Shown: one piece after another, positions 20,629-30,039 of the stretch
How the letters are laid out: the number at the start of each line of letters is the position of its first letter
Position numbering within the stretch: the first letter of the stretch is position 1
DNA from: Minisyncoccota bacterium
Lineage (GTDB): Bacteria > Patescibacteriota > Minisyncoccia > Phycocordibacterales > UBA9973
Direction: 5' to 3'
Length of the DNA: 64,000 nt
NCBI GenBank assembly: GCA_041674285.1
Contig: JBAYVZ010000001.1
Coordinates: 165,129 to 229,128, forward strand
The notes under the pieces: generated by a model
Databases searched by the model: none
Seen by the model: the letters and a program-made list of their open reading frames with translations, nothing else
What the model was told of the DNA's origin: nothing
Translations under genes and position numbers: made by a program

Positions 20629-22110
20629 CTATTTTGTTAAAATTTGAATTGCTGACTTCAATCTCTCTATTGTTTCCTTTTTACCCAATATTTCCATCAG
20701 CATAAATGGGTCTGGGGATTTATCTCTACCTGATAGAGCATATCGTATAGGCCAGAGAATATCGCCTCTACCCACTTCCTCGGCGTATGGCCAGATAGAT
20801 TCCTTTATAAAGTCTTTATTGAAATTCTCTTCTAGGATCCCGTCTACGATAATTATAGATTTATCAAGATATGATGCTAGTATTTCATATTTATTCTCTT
20901 GTGGAATTTTTGATGATTTAAAGAATAATACATCTTTTTCGTATACAGGCTTACCAAAATAGTAGACGAGCTCTCCAGCGAGAGCCATCGTCTCCACATC
21001 TAGGCCTTTGCTCACTCTATCTATAACTACAGGAGTTATATTGTGGACTATTTCATTTGAAAAACCAGGTAGACCCTTGATAGACTCTGGTATAAATTTC
21101 AAAATATACTCCTCTTGATCTTCATAAGAAAGTTTTTTCAAATACTCTTTATTTAGCCAATCCAATTTTTCATCATTGAATTGTGCTCCAGATTTCTGAA
21201 TACGTGAGATATCAAATTCATTGGCTATTTCAGATGCGGACATCACCTCTCTATCGTCACCAGGATTCCACCCTAGGAATGCCAAGAAGTTCACCATAGT
21301 CTCTGGCAAGTATCCCTCTTTTCGGTAGTCTAATATATCTTTGGCTCCGTCTCTCTTACCGAGCTTTTTATTTCCACCAGTGGCCATGATGGGTGGCAGT
21401 GTAGCAAAAATAGGTGGCACGATATCGAGTCCTTCATATATAGACAGGAATTTGGGAGTAGAAGATATGAATTCTTGGCCACGCATGACATGAGTCACAC
21501 CCATCTCTATATCGTCTACTATGTGTGCAAAGTTATATGTAGGATATCCATCCCCTTTGATTAGTATGATATCGTCGAGTGCTTCCTCTCCAGCAGAAAG
21601 ATCACCAAATACTAGATCGTACCATTCATACCTCTTTATATTTGGGACTTTGAATCGTAGAGGTGCCCTGCCGTCCCACTCTTTATCGTGGTCTGGTCTA
21701 TGCTCTCTATACAGGAATGGTCTCTTTTCTTCTTCAGCTTTTTGGCGAAATACAGCTACCTCTTCCTCTGTATAAGGATCAGGGTAGGCTAGACCTTTTT
21801 CTAGTAATTTCATCGCATATTTTTTATACAAATCCAATCTTTGTGATTGTATATATGGAGCATGTGGACCATCTATACCAGGACCCTCATCCCAATCTAT
21901 ACCTAGCCATTTTAGAGATTCAAAAATATGCTCGATTGAACCTGATACTTCTCGCTCTTTGTCTGTATCCTCGATGCGCAGGATAAAAGTACCATTGTTC
22001 CTCTTTGCCCATAGATAGGCGAACAATGCGGTACGAACATTTCCCACATGCATAAAACCTGTAGGTGAAGGAGCAAAACGTGTAACTATTTTTTTATTAT
22101 CTGTATTCAT
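20629..22110 (-). CDS. gltX: glutamate--tRNA ligase
   Basis: RFAPSPTG, HVGN, LRIEDTD, KLGKR. Confidence 0.98.
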   Translation of the reverse strand: MNTDNKKIVTRFAPSPTGFMHVGNVRTALFAYLWAKRNNGTFILRIEDTDKEREVSGSIEHIFESLKWLGIDWDEGPGIDGPHAPYIQSQRLDLYKKYAMKLLEKGLAYPDPYTEEEVAVFRQKAEEEKRPFLYREHRPDHDKEWDGRAPLRFKVPNIKRYEWYDLVFGDLSAGEEALDDIILIKGDGYPTYNFAHIVDDIEMGVTHVMRGQEFISSTPKFLSIYEGLDIVPPIFATLPPIMATGGNKKLGKRDGAKDILDYRKEGYLPETMVNFLAFLGWNPGDDREVMSASEIANEFDISRIQKSGAQFNDEKLDWLNKEYLKKLSYEDQEEYILKFIPESIKGLPGFSNEIVHNITPVVIDRVSKGLDVETMALAGELVYYFGKPVYEKDVLFFKSSKIPQENKYEILASYLDKSIIIVDGILEENFNKDFIKESIWPYAEEVGRGDILWPIRYALSGRDKSPDPFMLMEILGKKETIERLKSAIQILTK

Positions 22111-22227
22111 CCCGTTAGAGATAGGAAATGTTTACATTTCCGTATATTTTTAATTTTAGTAAATAATACGACTTATGTTTATATAATACTTAATGTTAGA
22201 GATAAAACAAACAAATCTCTAACGGGA
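22110..22227 (-). repeat. start-codon element copy 3, subfamily B (gltX)
   Basis: minus strand TCCCGTTAGAGAT...GGAAATGTAAACATTTCC-T-ATCTCTAACGGGA+TG; 118 bp. Confidence 0.93.
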
Positions 22228-22240
22228 GACCTATATTTTA

Positions 22241-23368
22241 TTAAGCTTCATGAGCAAGTGCCATATCTATGGCTTCTTGGGCTATCTTTGTAGCTGCGTC
22301 TGGAGTAGAGAAAGCTTTCGCTTTTTCTTTCATCTGATTCAATCTATCTGTATTATTCATAAGTTTATCGATCTCTGCTACGAGTACATGTGGTGTCAGA
22401 TTTGCCTCTTCTAGTACATCGCAAGCTCCAGCTCGAGCATAAGAGAATGCATTCTTTCTCTGATGGTCACCATTTGAATTTGTGATCGGTATGATGATAG
22501 ATGGCACACCCCAAGCTGCAATCTCGAATATCGTAGACCCTGCACGAGAGATGACTAGTGTCGCTGCGCCTGCAGCCATCTTTGTAGTTAGATTGTTTAG
22601 GTACGGATATGCCAAGTAACGAGCCTTGTATGGATTCTTTTCTAGCATCAAATCAGAGCGCAATTTTACTTCTTCAAAATTCTTTGGACCAGCCTGATGT
22701 ATAATCTGATATTTTGATATTAGATCAGGTAGCGCCTCGATCAATGTACTGTTTATGATTTCTGCACCCTGTGACCCGCCTACTACAAATATAGTCTGCA
22801 CATCACGACTGAGTTTAAAGAATTCAAACATGCCAGTAGTAGCGGCAGCAGATACTTCGCGTCGAACAGGCTGACCTACCCATGCAGTTTTATCTTTTGG
22901 AAACTGCTCACCTGCTTCTGGGTATGACACAGCGATACGTTTTGCAAATTTTGAAGCCCAAAGATTCAATCGTCCAGCACTAGAATCTGATTCATGGACG
23001 ATCACTGGTATACGCAAAATCTTTGCTGCGAATACAGCTGGGAATGAGGCATATCCGCCCTTTGATATAACTACATCAGGATATATAGAGAAGAGTCTAA
23101 TCAAGCCATAGAATAGGCCGGTAGCAGTTTTGAATAAATCCAAGAAATTTAAGATAGATGAGTATGTGCGCATCTTGCCTGCAGGCACACCCACAAATTC
23201 GATATTATTCTCAAAAAGCATCCTTTTATCATAAGGTGCATCTGACATATAATATAACTTTACATCTAGTATTTTCTCTTTATCTACAAGCTTATTTATC
23301 TCTTCGGCAATAGCGATAAGTGGATAAAAATGACCACCAGTACCACCTCCTGTCAACAATATTTTCAT
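22241..23368 (-). CDS. murG: UDP-GlcNAc:lipid I transferase MurG
   Basis: TGGGTGGH, GGY, HES, GGSQGA, SRAG, HQRKNA; start MKILL at 23368. Confidence 0.96.
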   Translation of the reverse strand: MKILLTGGGTGGHFYPLIAIAEEINKLVDKEKILDVKLYYMSDAPYDKRMLFENNIEFVGVPAGKMRTYSSILNFLDLFKTATGLFYGLIRLFSIYPDVVISKGGYASFPAVFAAKILRIPVIVHESDSSAGRLNLWASKFAKRIAVSYPEAGEQFPKDKTAWVGQPVRREVSAAATTGMFEFFKLSRDVQTIFVVGGSQGAEIINSTLIEALPDLISKYQIIHQAGPKNFEEVKLRSDLMLEKNPYKARYLAYPYLNNLTTKMAAGAATLVISRAGSTIFEIAAWGVPSIIIPITNSNGDHQRKNAFSYARAGACDVLEEANLTPHVLVAEIDKLMNNTDRLNQMKEKAKAFSTPDAATKIAQEAIDMALAHEA

Positions 23369-23450
23369 AGTATTAGTATAGCTTATTTTTAAAAATTTGA
23401 AAAATAACAAACAAAAACTGCTTAAAGCAATTTTTGTTTGCTTTAAGCAG

Positions 23451-23951
23451 TTAATAATCTTTCCCAAAGTCAGGTTGTGTACCGTATGTCGGATAGGAAT
23501 TATGTCTTTCCTGTTCTTCCCTACTACTATAGAGTAAATCTCTAAATTCATCGGCTTGTTCACTACGCCTTACTTTGTGTTCTTCTTCCATTTTAAATTT
23601 CTCTTCCTTCATCCACAAAAGTGCACCTTTGAGTAATTTATACTCTGAATGTTTTTTGTTCTCAAAAAAATCTCGATGGATCATATACTCATTTAGATTT
23701 TCAGCAGAAACAAATGCTTTCTGGAAAAGTTTAAAATTCCTCCAACAATAAATCATAGCCAGAATCTTTACAGTAATAACTTCGGGGATAGGGCAATTAT
23801 TTTCTTTTAAATAATTGAACACAATATCTTTGTTATGTTCTATGGGGTAGATACTCATCCTACCGTACATATCATCCATAACAACTTTATTCAAATGTTC
23901 AACATTAAAATCAAATCTACCTATTTTTAAAATTTGGTTTTCATTTTTCAT
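23451..23951 (-). CDS. hypothetical protein
   Basis: AT-rich 166-aa ORF between ftsW and murG. Confidence 0.55.
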   Translation of the reverse strand: MKNENQILKIGRFDFNVEHLNKVVMDDMYGRMSIYPIEHNKDIVFNYLKENNCPIPEVITVKILAMIYCWRNFKLFQKAFVSAENLNEYMIHRDFFENKKHSEYKLLKGALLWMKEEKFKMEEEHKVRRSEQADEFRDLLYSSREEQERHNSYPTYGTQPDFGKDY

Positions 23952-24011
23952 GTCTTTATATTTTTAAGACATAGTACAATTTACACCCCCGATTAGTCAA
24001 TTATTTAAATA

Positions 24012-24045
24012 TTTACACTCCAAACCTTAAGGTTTAGGGTGTAAT
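24012..24045. repeat. 34-bp imperfect palindrome, copy downstream of the PaaX/Cas2-like gene
   Basis: TTTACACTCCAAACCTTAAGGTTTAGGGTGTAAT; 27/34 identical to 24567-24600. Confidence 0.8.
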
Positions 24046-24050
24046 TTTGA

Positions 24051-24548
24051 TTACTTGATTGTATACCCTTTTGCTAGTTTAAAAGTTTTAAAATTCTCAT
24101 TCAATTTTATCTCTTTTACGTATTTCTTAAAATCCTCTGGAAGTGGAGATGGACCCACCCATACACTACGTTGGATCATAATAAAATGAAATTGTCTCAG
24201 TTCCCTTCGGAACCAATTCCTAGCTGAAGTTTGATTGTCTGGTATGTCATAAATGATCAACAAGTCTTTAGGATCTTTATCTGTTTTTTCTGTTGAAAAT
24301 TTTTTAAAAACAATCTTTTCTTTTGATTTTAAAAACTTCTCGCCCAGCTGTGTTATAGAATATACACCGTTTAACTCTTTTATGTATCCTTTACTCTTTA
24401 GGCCAGAGCACCTACTAGCCAGAGTTTGATGTTTATAATATTTAAAATCAGGTAAACCCAAAAACCCTGTCTTGACGCCTTTATAACTAACAAATTTTTT
24501 GTTTTTATTTTTACTTAAATATTTTAGAATTTCTCTCTCTATACTCAT
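24051..24548 (-). CDS. PaaX-like regulator: winged helix plus Cas2-like domain
   Basis: L..KGYI...YSITQLGEKFL (wHTH); IIYDIP...RNWFRRELRQFHF..IQRSVWV (Cas2-like). Confidence 0.8.
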   Translation of the reverse strand: MSIEREILKYLSKNKNKKFVSYKGVKTGFLGLPDFKYYKHQTLASRCSGLKSKGYIKELNGVYSITQLGEKFLKSKEKIVFKKFSTEKTDKDPKDLLIIYDIPDNQTSARNWFRRELRQFHFIMIQRSVWVGPSPLPEDFKKYVKEIKLNENFKTFKLAKGYTIK

Positions 24549-24566
24549 AATAAAATTTTAGCACAC

Positions 24567-24600
24567 TTTACATTTCAATCCGTAAGGTTTCAGGTGTAAA
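24567..24600. repeat. 34-bp imperfect palindrome, copy upstream of the PaaX/Cas2-like gene
   Basis: TTTACATTTCAATCCGTAAGGTTTCAGGTGTAAA, covering the expected -35 region. Confidence 0.8.
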
Positions 24601-24627
24601 TCGATAATAGATAGTAATTTTTTAAAA

Positions 24628-25731
24628 TTAAGCAGTTTTCTTTTGTTCTCGTGAGATGTTCAATATGATACCGATGATACCTGTAGCTAGGAGCAGATTC
24701 GTACCACCATGAGATACAAATTCTAACGGCACCCCCGTGAGCGGGAATACTCCGATGATAGATGCGATATTCATAAATGATTGAGCCGTGAACAGAGTGA
24801 TGATACCGATAGTAAATATCTTACTGAATGAGTCTGGCGAATAATATGCTATCTTGTACCCTCGCAAAGCAAAAGCTACAAAAAGGAATATGAGTAAAGT
24901 CGAACCGATGAATCCTACTTCTTCACCGATGACTGCGAAAATTGAGTCCCCTTGTGGTTCTGGAAGGTAATTGAATTTCTGTATACTCTGACCTAGTCCT
25001 CTACCAGCCACACCACCCGATCCCAGGGCGATCAGAGACTGCTGGAGCTGATAGGATGATCCTGATGGATCATATGATGGGTCCATAAAAGTTTTTACAC
25101 GCTCGAGAAGATATGGCTTTGTCATGACTAGTCCACCAAAAGCTAGCATCGCCACCATAATCATCATCAGTATATATTTCCATGGCATACCAGACACGAA
25201 TAGCATGACCAATGCGGTCGCAGACATGAGGATCAGACTCTTTGTATCAGGCTGATTGATCAGGATAGTAGCGATCAGCCCGAGTAGTACCACTAGTGGC
25301 AGCACGCTCCACCTCCAATCAGAAACCTTTGTCTTCACCCAAGACAGCCAAGCAGCAAAATACAGAACAAAAGCAATCTTAAGAAATTCCACAGGCTGGA
25401 AAGACAATCCAAATACATTGATCCACCTCTTTGCACCTCCATGAGAGAATCCGACATGTGGCACAAAGACCAGACAAGTCAGCACGATAGCTCCAATAAA
25501 TATATATAGCGAGTATGCCCTCCAGAATTTATACGGAATCTTCATCGTAAAAAACATAGCCACCAATCCACCAAGTAGCCCAAAGACAAATTGATTGAAC
25601 ATCACTCCGTAGAATTTCGCTTCATTCTTGGCAAGTATCCCCAGAGATGAAGAGGTAAACATAACAGCCCCTACTACTATGAGAGCCACAACTATACCAA
25701 AAAATACTTTGTCGATGTGTTTTGTTTTCAT
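24628..25731 (-). CDS. ftsW: SEDS family protein FtsW
   Basis: GAKRWI, FQPVEFLK, QPD, YLPEPQGDSIFAVIGEE, P.TGVPL; located in the mraY-murG cluster. Confidence 0.93.
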   Translation of the reverse strand: MKTKHIDKVFFGIVVALIVVGAVMFTSSSLGILAKNEAKFYGVMFNQFVFGLLGGLVAMFFTMKIPYKFWRAYSLYIFIGAIVLTCLVFVPHVGFSHGGAKRWINVFGLSFQPVEFLKIAFVLYFAAWLSWVKTKVSDWRWSVLPLVVLLGLIATILINQPDTKSLILMSATALVMLFVSGMPWKYILMMIMVAMLAFGGLVMTKPYLLERVKTFMDPSYDPSGSSYQLQQSLIALGSGGVAGRGLGQSIQKFNYLPEPQGDSIFAVIGEEVGFIGSTLLIFLFVAFALRGYKIAYYSPDSFSKIFTIGIITLFTAQSFMNIASIIGVFPLTGVPLEFVSHGGTNLLLATGIIGIILNISREQKKTA

Positions 25732-25848
25732 CCCGTTAGAGATAGGAAATGTTTACATTTCCGTATATTTTTAATTTCTAGTAAATAATACGACTTTATT
25801 TTTTAAACAACCGTAGTTAGAGATAAAACAAACGCATCTCTAACGGGA
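25731..25848 (-). repeat. start-codon element copy 4, subfamily B (ftsW)
   Basis: minus strand TAG-C-ATGAA[TCCCGTTAGAGAT...ATCTCTAACGGGA]TGAAA; 118 bp. Confidence 0.93.
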
Positions 25849-25854
25849 TTCATG

Positions 25855-26904
25855 CTAACTCACGATGTAGAGGATTACACCCAAGATAGAAGTAATAATG
25901 CTCACTACCCAGTATCTCATAACAACTTTGTATTTAGACCAACCCATAGCTTCAAAATGATGGTGCAATGGGGCAAATAAGAAAACCTTTTTACCATTTC
26001 TAAATTTACGAGAAAACATCTGAATCAAAACAGACAGAGATGTGATAAATAGAGGAAATGCAATTATAGGTAGCAAGAGTACAGTATCAGTTAGAAAGGC
26101 CAACACCGATATAGTAACAGTCAGACCCATCATGCCAGTCTCCCCCATATAAAAACGAGCCGGCGGAATATTGAACCAGAGAAATACGAGTATTCCTCCG
26201 GTTATCACAGCACAAAATGCTGCTAAATCTATCTGCCCATTAAAGAATGAGATAAAAGTATAAGCGGCAAATATAGATGCCAGAACTCCACCAGCTAGAC
26301 CGTCGACACCATCGATAACACTACCTGACCATACAGCTAACATGACTAGTATGAAAGCTGGAATAAATAAAAATCCTAATTCAACAAATCCATAACTAGG
26401 TATGTAGATAGAGCTGATCCCCAGCTTGCTATAGAACCACCAGCTGATCAGTACTCCGAGAACCAATATGATAGATAATTTTATAAAACGTAAAACCATA
26501 GGATCTCTCCTCCACATACCAGTACCAAAAATCTGTATCAGATCATCTCCCAGTCCGATAATAGAAGCCAATATCAATGTGAACAATGGCAATATTGTCT
26601 GTCCGCGAGATATGAAATACATCTTTTCTGTCCAAGCAGAATTATAAGAAATATTTAAAATAAGAAAAATAAAAATAGTAAAGAGTGCAGACATCCACAC
26701 CACCGTACCCCCGACACGAGGAGTAGACACCTCAGCCACCCCGTCATGAATCTTTTCAAAATCCCCCTTCACTACATTTTCATTGCGAGAAGTACTCTTC
26801 CACATCTTATATTTATAAAAATAATGAGTCAGAATTGGAGTCAGGAAAATACCTGAAATAAAAGAGACTGCTGCTGGTAATAATATTTTTATTGCATTAG
26901 TCAT
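25855..26904 (-). CDS. mraY: phospho-N-acetylmuramoyl-pentapeptide transferase
   Basis: TPRVGG, GLGDD, DGVDGL, FNIPPARFYMGETG, APLHHHFE. Confidence 0.95.
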   Translation of the reverse strand: MTNAIKILLPAAVSFISGIFLTPILTHYFYKYKMWKSTSRNENVVKGDFEKIHDGVAEVSTPRVGGTVVWMSALFTIFIFLILNISYNSAWTEKMYFISRGQTILPLFTLILASIIGLGDDLIQIFGTGMWRRDPMVLRFIKLSIILVLGVLISWWFYSKLGISSIYIPSYGFVELGFLFIPAFILVMLAVWSGSVIDGVDGLAGGVLASIFAAYTFISFFNGQIDLAAFCAVITGGILVFLWFNIPPARFYMGETGMMGLTVTISVLAFLTDTVLLLPIIAFPLFITSLSVLIQMFSRKFRNGKKVFLFAPLHHHFEAMGWSKYKVVMRYWVVSIITSILGVILYIVS

Positions 26905-27433
26905 TGTTTTGATTGTTGATTGTATTGTTTAATCGAGCGACCACATTCTCATAATCAGGTAGATCCTCTATCTTTGTCACGCCCATATATGACAGAGTTT
27001 CGATTGTAGGCTTGTACAGAATTCTCCTAGTGTCTTTTGAGTCAGATTCTTTTGCTACTAATCCTCGGACTAGCAAATTACGGAGAATAAAACTAGAATT
27101 CACTCCACGGATATAATCTATCTCACTACGAGTCACGCCATTTTTATACAGGACGATGGACAGTGTCTCTAGTGTCGCCTTGGATAATTCCTTTGTTATC
27201 TCATCTTTGCGTAGTGACTCTATTACAGGAGATAGCTCTTTTGATACAGACATCATAACTTCATCGCCATTGCGAACCAGGGCCACACCACGAGAAGATA
27301 GTGATTCAGAAAGAGAATTGCAGGCATTATCTACCTCCTCCATAGACACAGATAAAATATCGGCGATTTTCTTTATCGTCATACTCTCGCCTTTATAAAA
27401 AAGTAATCCTTCTATTTTTTGTTCTAATTGCAT
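26897..27433 (-). CDS. scpB: SMC-Scp complex subunit ScpB
   Basis: IEGLLF, LSKATLETLSIVLY, TRSEIDYIRGVNS. Confidence 0.95.
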   Translation of the reverse strand: MQLEQKIEGLLFYKGESMTIKKIADILSVSMEEVDNACNSLSESLSSRGVALVRNGDEVMMSVSKELSPVIESLRKDEITKELSKATLETLSIVLYKNGVTRSEIDYIRGVNSSFILRNLLVRGLVAKESDSKDTRRILYKPTIETLSYMGVTKIEDLPDYENVVARLNNTINNQNND

Positions 27434-27465
27434 AAAATTAATTAAGTGAATTAATTCACCCCCCC

Positions 27466-28221
27466 TTAAGGAACGATTTGTTTACTAATACTCATATCTT
27501 CAAAATGATTGTTCTGCATCACGTCTATCAACCCTTCTCTGACTAATTCTAACATAGCGAGAAATGAAACGATAACATGGACCTTGACCTCACGATGATC
27601 CCCTCCTCCATGACTCTTTGCAAAATCTCGGAAAGATAAATTCATCGCATTTTGTATCCTGTCTGTCAGATTATTTATCATCTCATCCATGCTTATCACC
27701 TTTTTTATCTCTACTTCGGGTAATGGTTCGGCTTTCTTTGGAATATTTTGCAGTACTTCATTTACCAGACTTGCCATATTGGCGATAGTGATATTTTTAT
27801 CCGGAGAAAAAATAACTTCATTGAAATTCCTATCCAGTGGTGCATGGAAAATCTGCTGACCAAAATTCTCACGGACTTTTACACTCACATCTTTTACTAT
27901 CTTGTACAGAGACAATCTAGATTCTAGATCCACAATCTTTTCCTCTTCATCTTTTGATAGTGCTAGATTTGGCAACAATGATTTTGATTTGATTAAAATC
28001 AGAGTAGAAGCAATAAGAATAAAATAAGACACATCCGATACACTCTTTTCAGTCGGAATATCAGACATACTTTTAACATAAGAGATATAATCATTCGTCA
28101 CATCAGATAGCGATATCTCGTTAACAAAAAGCTTCCTACTCTCTATAAGAGAAAGTAGGAGCTCTAGTGGCCCTTCAAATGAACCTGCTTTTACTTTGTA
28201 AAATGTAGCAGTTTCTTCCAT
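27466..28221 (-). CDS. scpA: segregation/condensation protein ScpA
   Basis: FEGPLELLLSLI, LILIKSKSLLP, FLAMLELV. Confidence 0.95.
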   Translation of the reverse strand: MEETATFYKVKAGSFEGPLELLLSLIESRKLFVNEISLSDVTNDYISYVKSMSDIPTEKSVSDVSYFILIASTLILIKSKSLLPNLALSKDEEEKIVDLESRLSLYKIVKDVSVKVRENFGQQIFHAPLDRNFNEVIFSPDKNITIANMASLVNEVLQNIPKKAEPLPEVEIKKVISMDEMINNLTDRIQNAMNLSFRDFAKSHGGGDHREVKVHVIVSFLAMLELVREGLIDVMQNNHFEDMSISKQIVP

Positions 28222-28227
28222 ATTATT

Positions 28228-29544
28228 TTAATATCCTTCGCCTTCACCGCTTAGTCGTTCATCGATTCTATTCATATCGCGCGGGAACATACAAGCTTCA
28301 CGCACATTTTTAAGTCCGAGCAATTGCATGGTGATACGCTCTGCACCAAATGCGAATCCACCTTCGGGTGGGACACCGTACTTGAATGCTTCTAGGAACA
28401 TTTTTACCTTTGCTGGATCCATACCCCAAGTCTTTACATTTTCCATAAGTTGATCGTATTTATTTACACGACGTCCACCAGATAGCCACTCGAGACCACG
28501 ACACAATAGGTCCATACCTTCATTGTATTCTGGCTCTTCAGGATTTGCATAGACATAAAAAGGTTTTTGACGAGTTGGGAAACCATACACAAAGACAAAG
28601 TCTGAGCCTGTCTCATTTTTTACTATCTCACATATTTCTCTCTCATCTTGAGCATTCAAATCCTTTTCACCGCGAACATCACGAGCATAGACATCAAATA
28701 TTTTTTGTTGAACTTCACGAAGTGAATATGTAGGAGTTTTCTCTATCATCACAGGCAAAGTAGCATCGAGCAATTTTAAGTGCTCTGCATTTTTCTCTTC
28801 TACTTGCTTCAATATATATCTCACAGTATCTTCGGCCATATCACGTACATCTTCCCAAGAATCGATAAATCCCATCTCAGCATCGAGTGACACTATCTCT
28901 GTAAGGTGACGAGTTGTAGAGGATGGCTCTGCACGAAAAACTTTGTTCACAGAAAAACATCGCTCAAAAGCAGACATTACTATTTGCTTGTAGAGCTGTG
29001 GAGATTGTGAAAGGTATGCCTTTTTACCAAAGTAATCCAATTGAAAAACTTCTGCACCACCCTCAGCAGTAGCAGGGACCATAGACGGAGCCTGGAATTC
29101 AAAGAACATATTCTGCTTCATAAATTCACGGAATGAATCGATGATAGTCTCACTCACTTTGAATACTGCTTGGATTTTAGGCTGGCGTAGAACAAGAGCA
29201 CGATTGTCTAGCTCTGTAGTCAGCTCTAGATTATAACCAGTCAAAGACATATCAAAAGGTAGAGTCTCGGCTTCTGCTAGAACCTCTATACCCTGTATCT
29301 CAAGCTCGAGTTCACCATTGAGTACTCCAGCTTTTACATTTCTCTCTGGACGAGGATTTACCTTGCCTTTTACTTTTACTACGAATTCACCACGTAGAGT
29401 TTTCCCCACTTCTAGGGCCTCTGTATAATTTGGCAGTATCACACCTTGTACTCGGCCAGTCATATCGCGGAAATCTAGGAATATCATCTTGCCTTGATCA
29501 CGGCGAACATCTACCCATCCAGCGATAGTCACCTCTTCACCCAT
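28228..29544 (-). CDS. aspS: aspartate--tRNA(Asp/Asn) ligase, short non-discriminating type; frame open upstream past 29583
   Basis: GWV..RDQG, EGGAEVF, YLSQSPQLYKQ, FRAE, PPEGG.AFGAER, FPRD. Confidence 0.92.
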   Translation of the reverse strand: MGEEVTIAGWVDVRRDQGKMIFLDFRDMTGRVQGVILPNYTEALEVGKTLRGEFVVKVKGKVNPRPERNVKAGVLNGELELEIQGIEVLAEAETLPFDMSLTGYNLELTTELDNRALVLRQPKIQAVFKVSETIIDSFREFMKQNMFFEFQAPSMVPATAEGGAEVFQLDYFGKKAYLSQSPQLYKQIVMSAFERCFSVNKVFRAEPSSTTRHLTEIVSLDAEMGFIDSWEDVRDMAEDTVRYILKQVEEKNAEHLKLLDATLPVMIEKTPTYSLREVQQKIFDVYARDVRGEKDLNAQDEREICEIVKNETGSDFVFVYGFPTRQKPFYVYANPEEPEYNEGMDLLCRGLEWLSGGRRVNKYDQLMENVKTWGMDPAKVKMFLEAFKYGVPPEGGFAFGAERITMQLLGLKNVREACMFPRDMNRIDERLSGEGEGY

Positions 29545-29582
29545 CTTCTTATTTAAATCTTTTATGTATGTTCTGTTTTTCT

Positions 29583-29700
29583 TCCCATTAGAGATAGGAA
29601 ATGTTCACATTTCCGTATATTTTTAATTTCTATTAATAATACGACTTAATTTTTTAAAACAATTTACGTTAGACATCTTACAAGCACATCTCTAACGGGA
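29583..29700 (-). repeat. start-codon element copy 5, subfamily B (aspS)
   Basis: minus strand TAG[TCCCGTTAGAGAT...GGAAATGTGAACATTTCC-T-ATCTCTAATGGGA]AG; 118 bp. Confidence 0.92.
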
Positions 29701-29913
29701 CTAGTGTATATATTGAGGAATCTGTTCACATGGATACCCTATCATAAAAGTCAGACCTACTAGTATCCAATAAAATGGGGCAAAAGCAAAATAGATCACT
29801 TTGTCATTTTTCCACATTGGTAGATACCATTTTTGGACTTTCATAAATAGCATAGACAAAGGTATGTTTATGACATTTAAAAGTATGAGTACAATACTAA
29901 GGAAGAATTTCAT
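29701..29913 (-). CDS. small two-TM membrane protein
   Basis: 70-aa hydrophobic ORF bounded exactly by element copies 5 and 6. Confidence 0.7.
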   Translation of the reverse strand: MKFFLSIVLILLNVINIPLSMLFMKVQKWYLPMWKNDKVIYFAFAPFYWILVGLTFMIGYPCEQIPQYIH

Positions 29914-30030
29914 CCCGCTTAGAAGCAGATCGCGATCAGCTCGCTTTTTTGCTTGATTATATTAATAATATTTTTAAAGCTTTTTTCCATATTTTTGTTT
30001 TTTAAATTGCGATCGCGGCTTCTAACGGGA
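29913..30030 (-). repeat. start-codon element copy 6, subfamily C
   Basis: minus strand ATGAA[TCCCGTTAGAAGCCGCGATC...GATCGCGATCTGCTTCTAAGCGGGA]TGAAA; 118 bp; interior unrelated to A/B. Confidence 0.88.
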
Positions 30031-30039
30031 TTCATATAA

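Noticed and set aside
23369-23563. Long N-terminal extensions on murG (also rsmI, trpS, rplU, 5190, 39832)
   Set aside because: Family motifs begin at a downstream ATG, most with a -10 box 6-9 nt upstream; the extensions cross terminators or promoters.
24051-24548. Calling the Cas2-like gene part of a CRISPR-Cas system
   Set aside because: No cas1, effector genes or array; the N-terminal wHTH fits a PaaX-like regulator.
29605-29607. Genome-wide TGA recoding (genetic code 25)
   Set aside because: Long conserved genes translate intact under code 11, and I saw no gene broken by an internal TGA.
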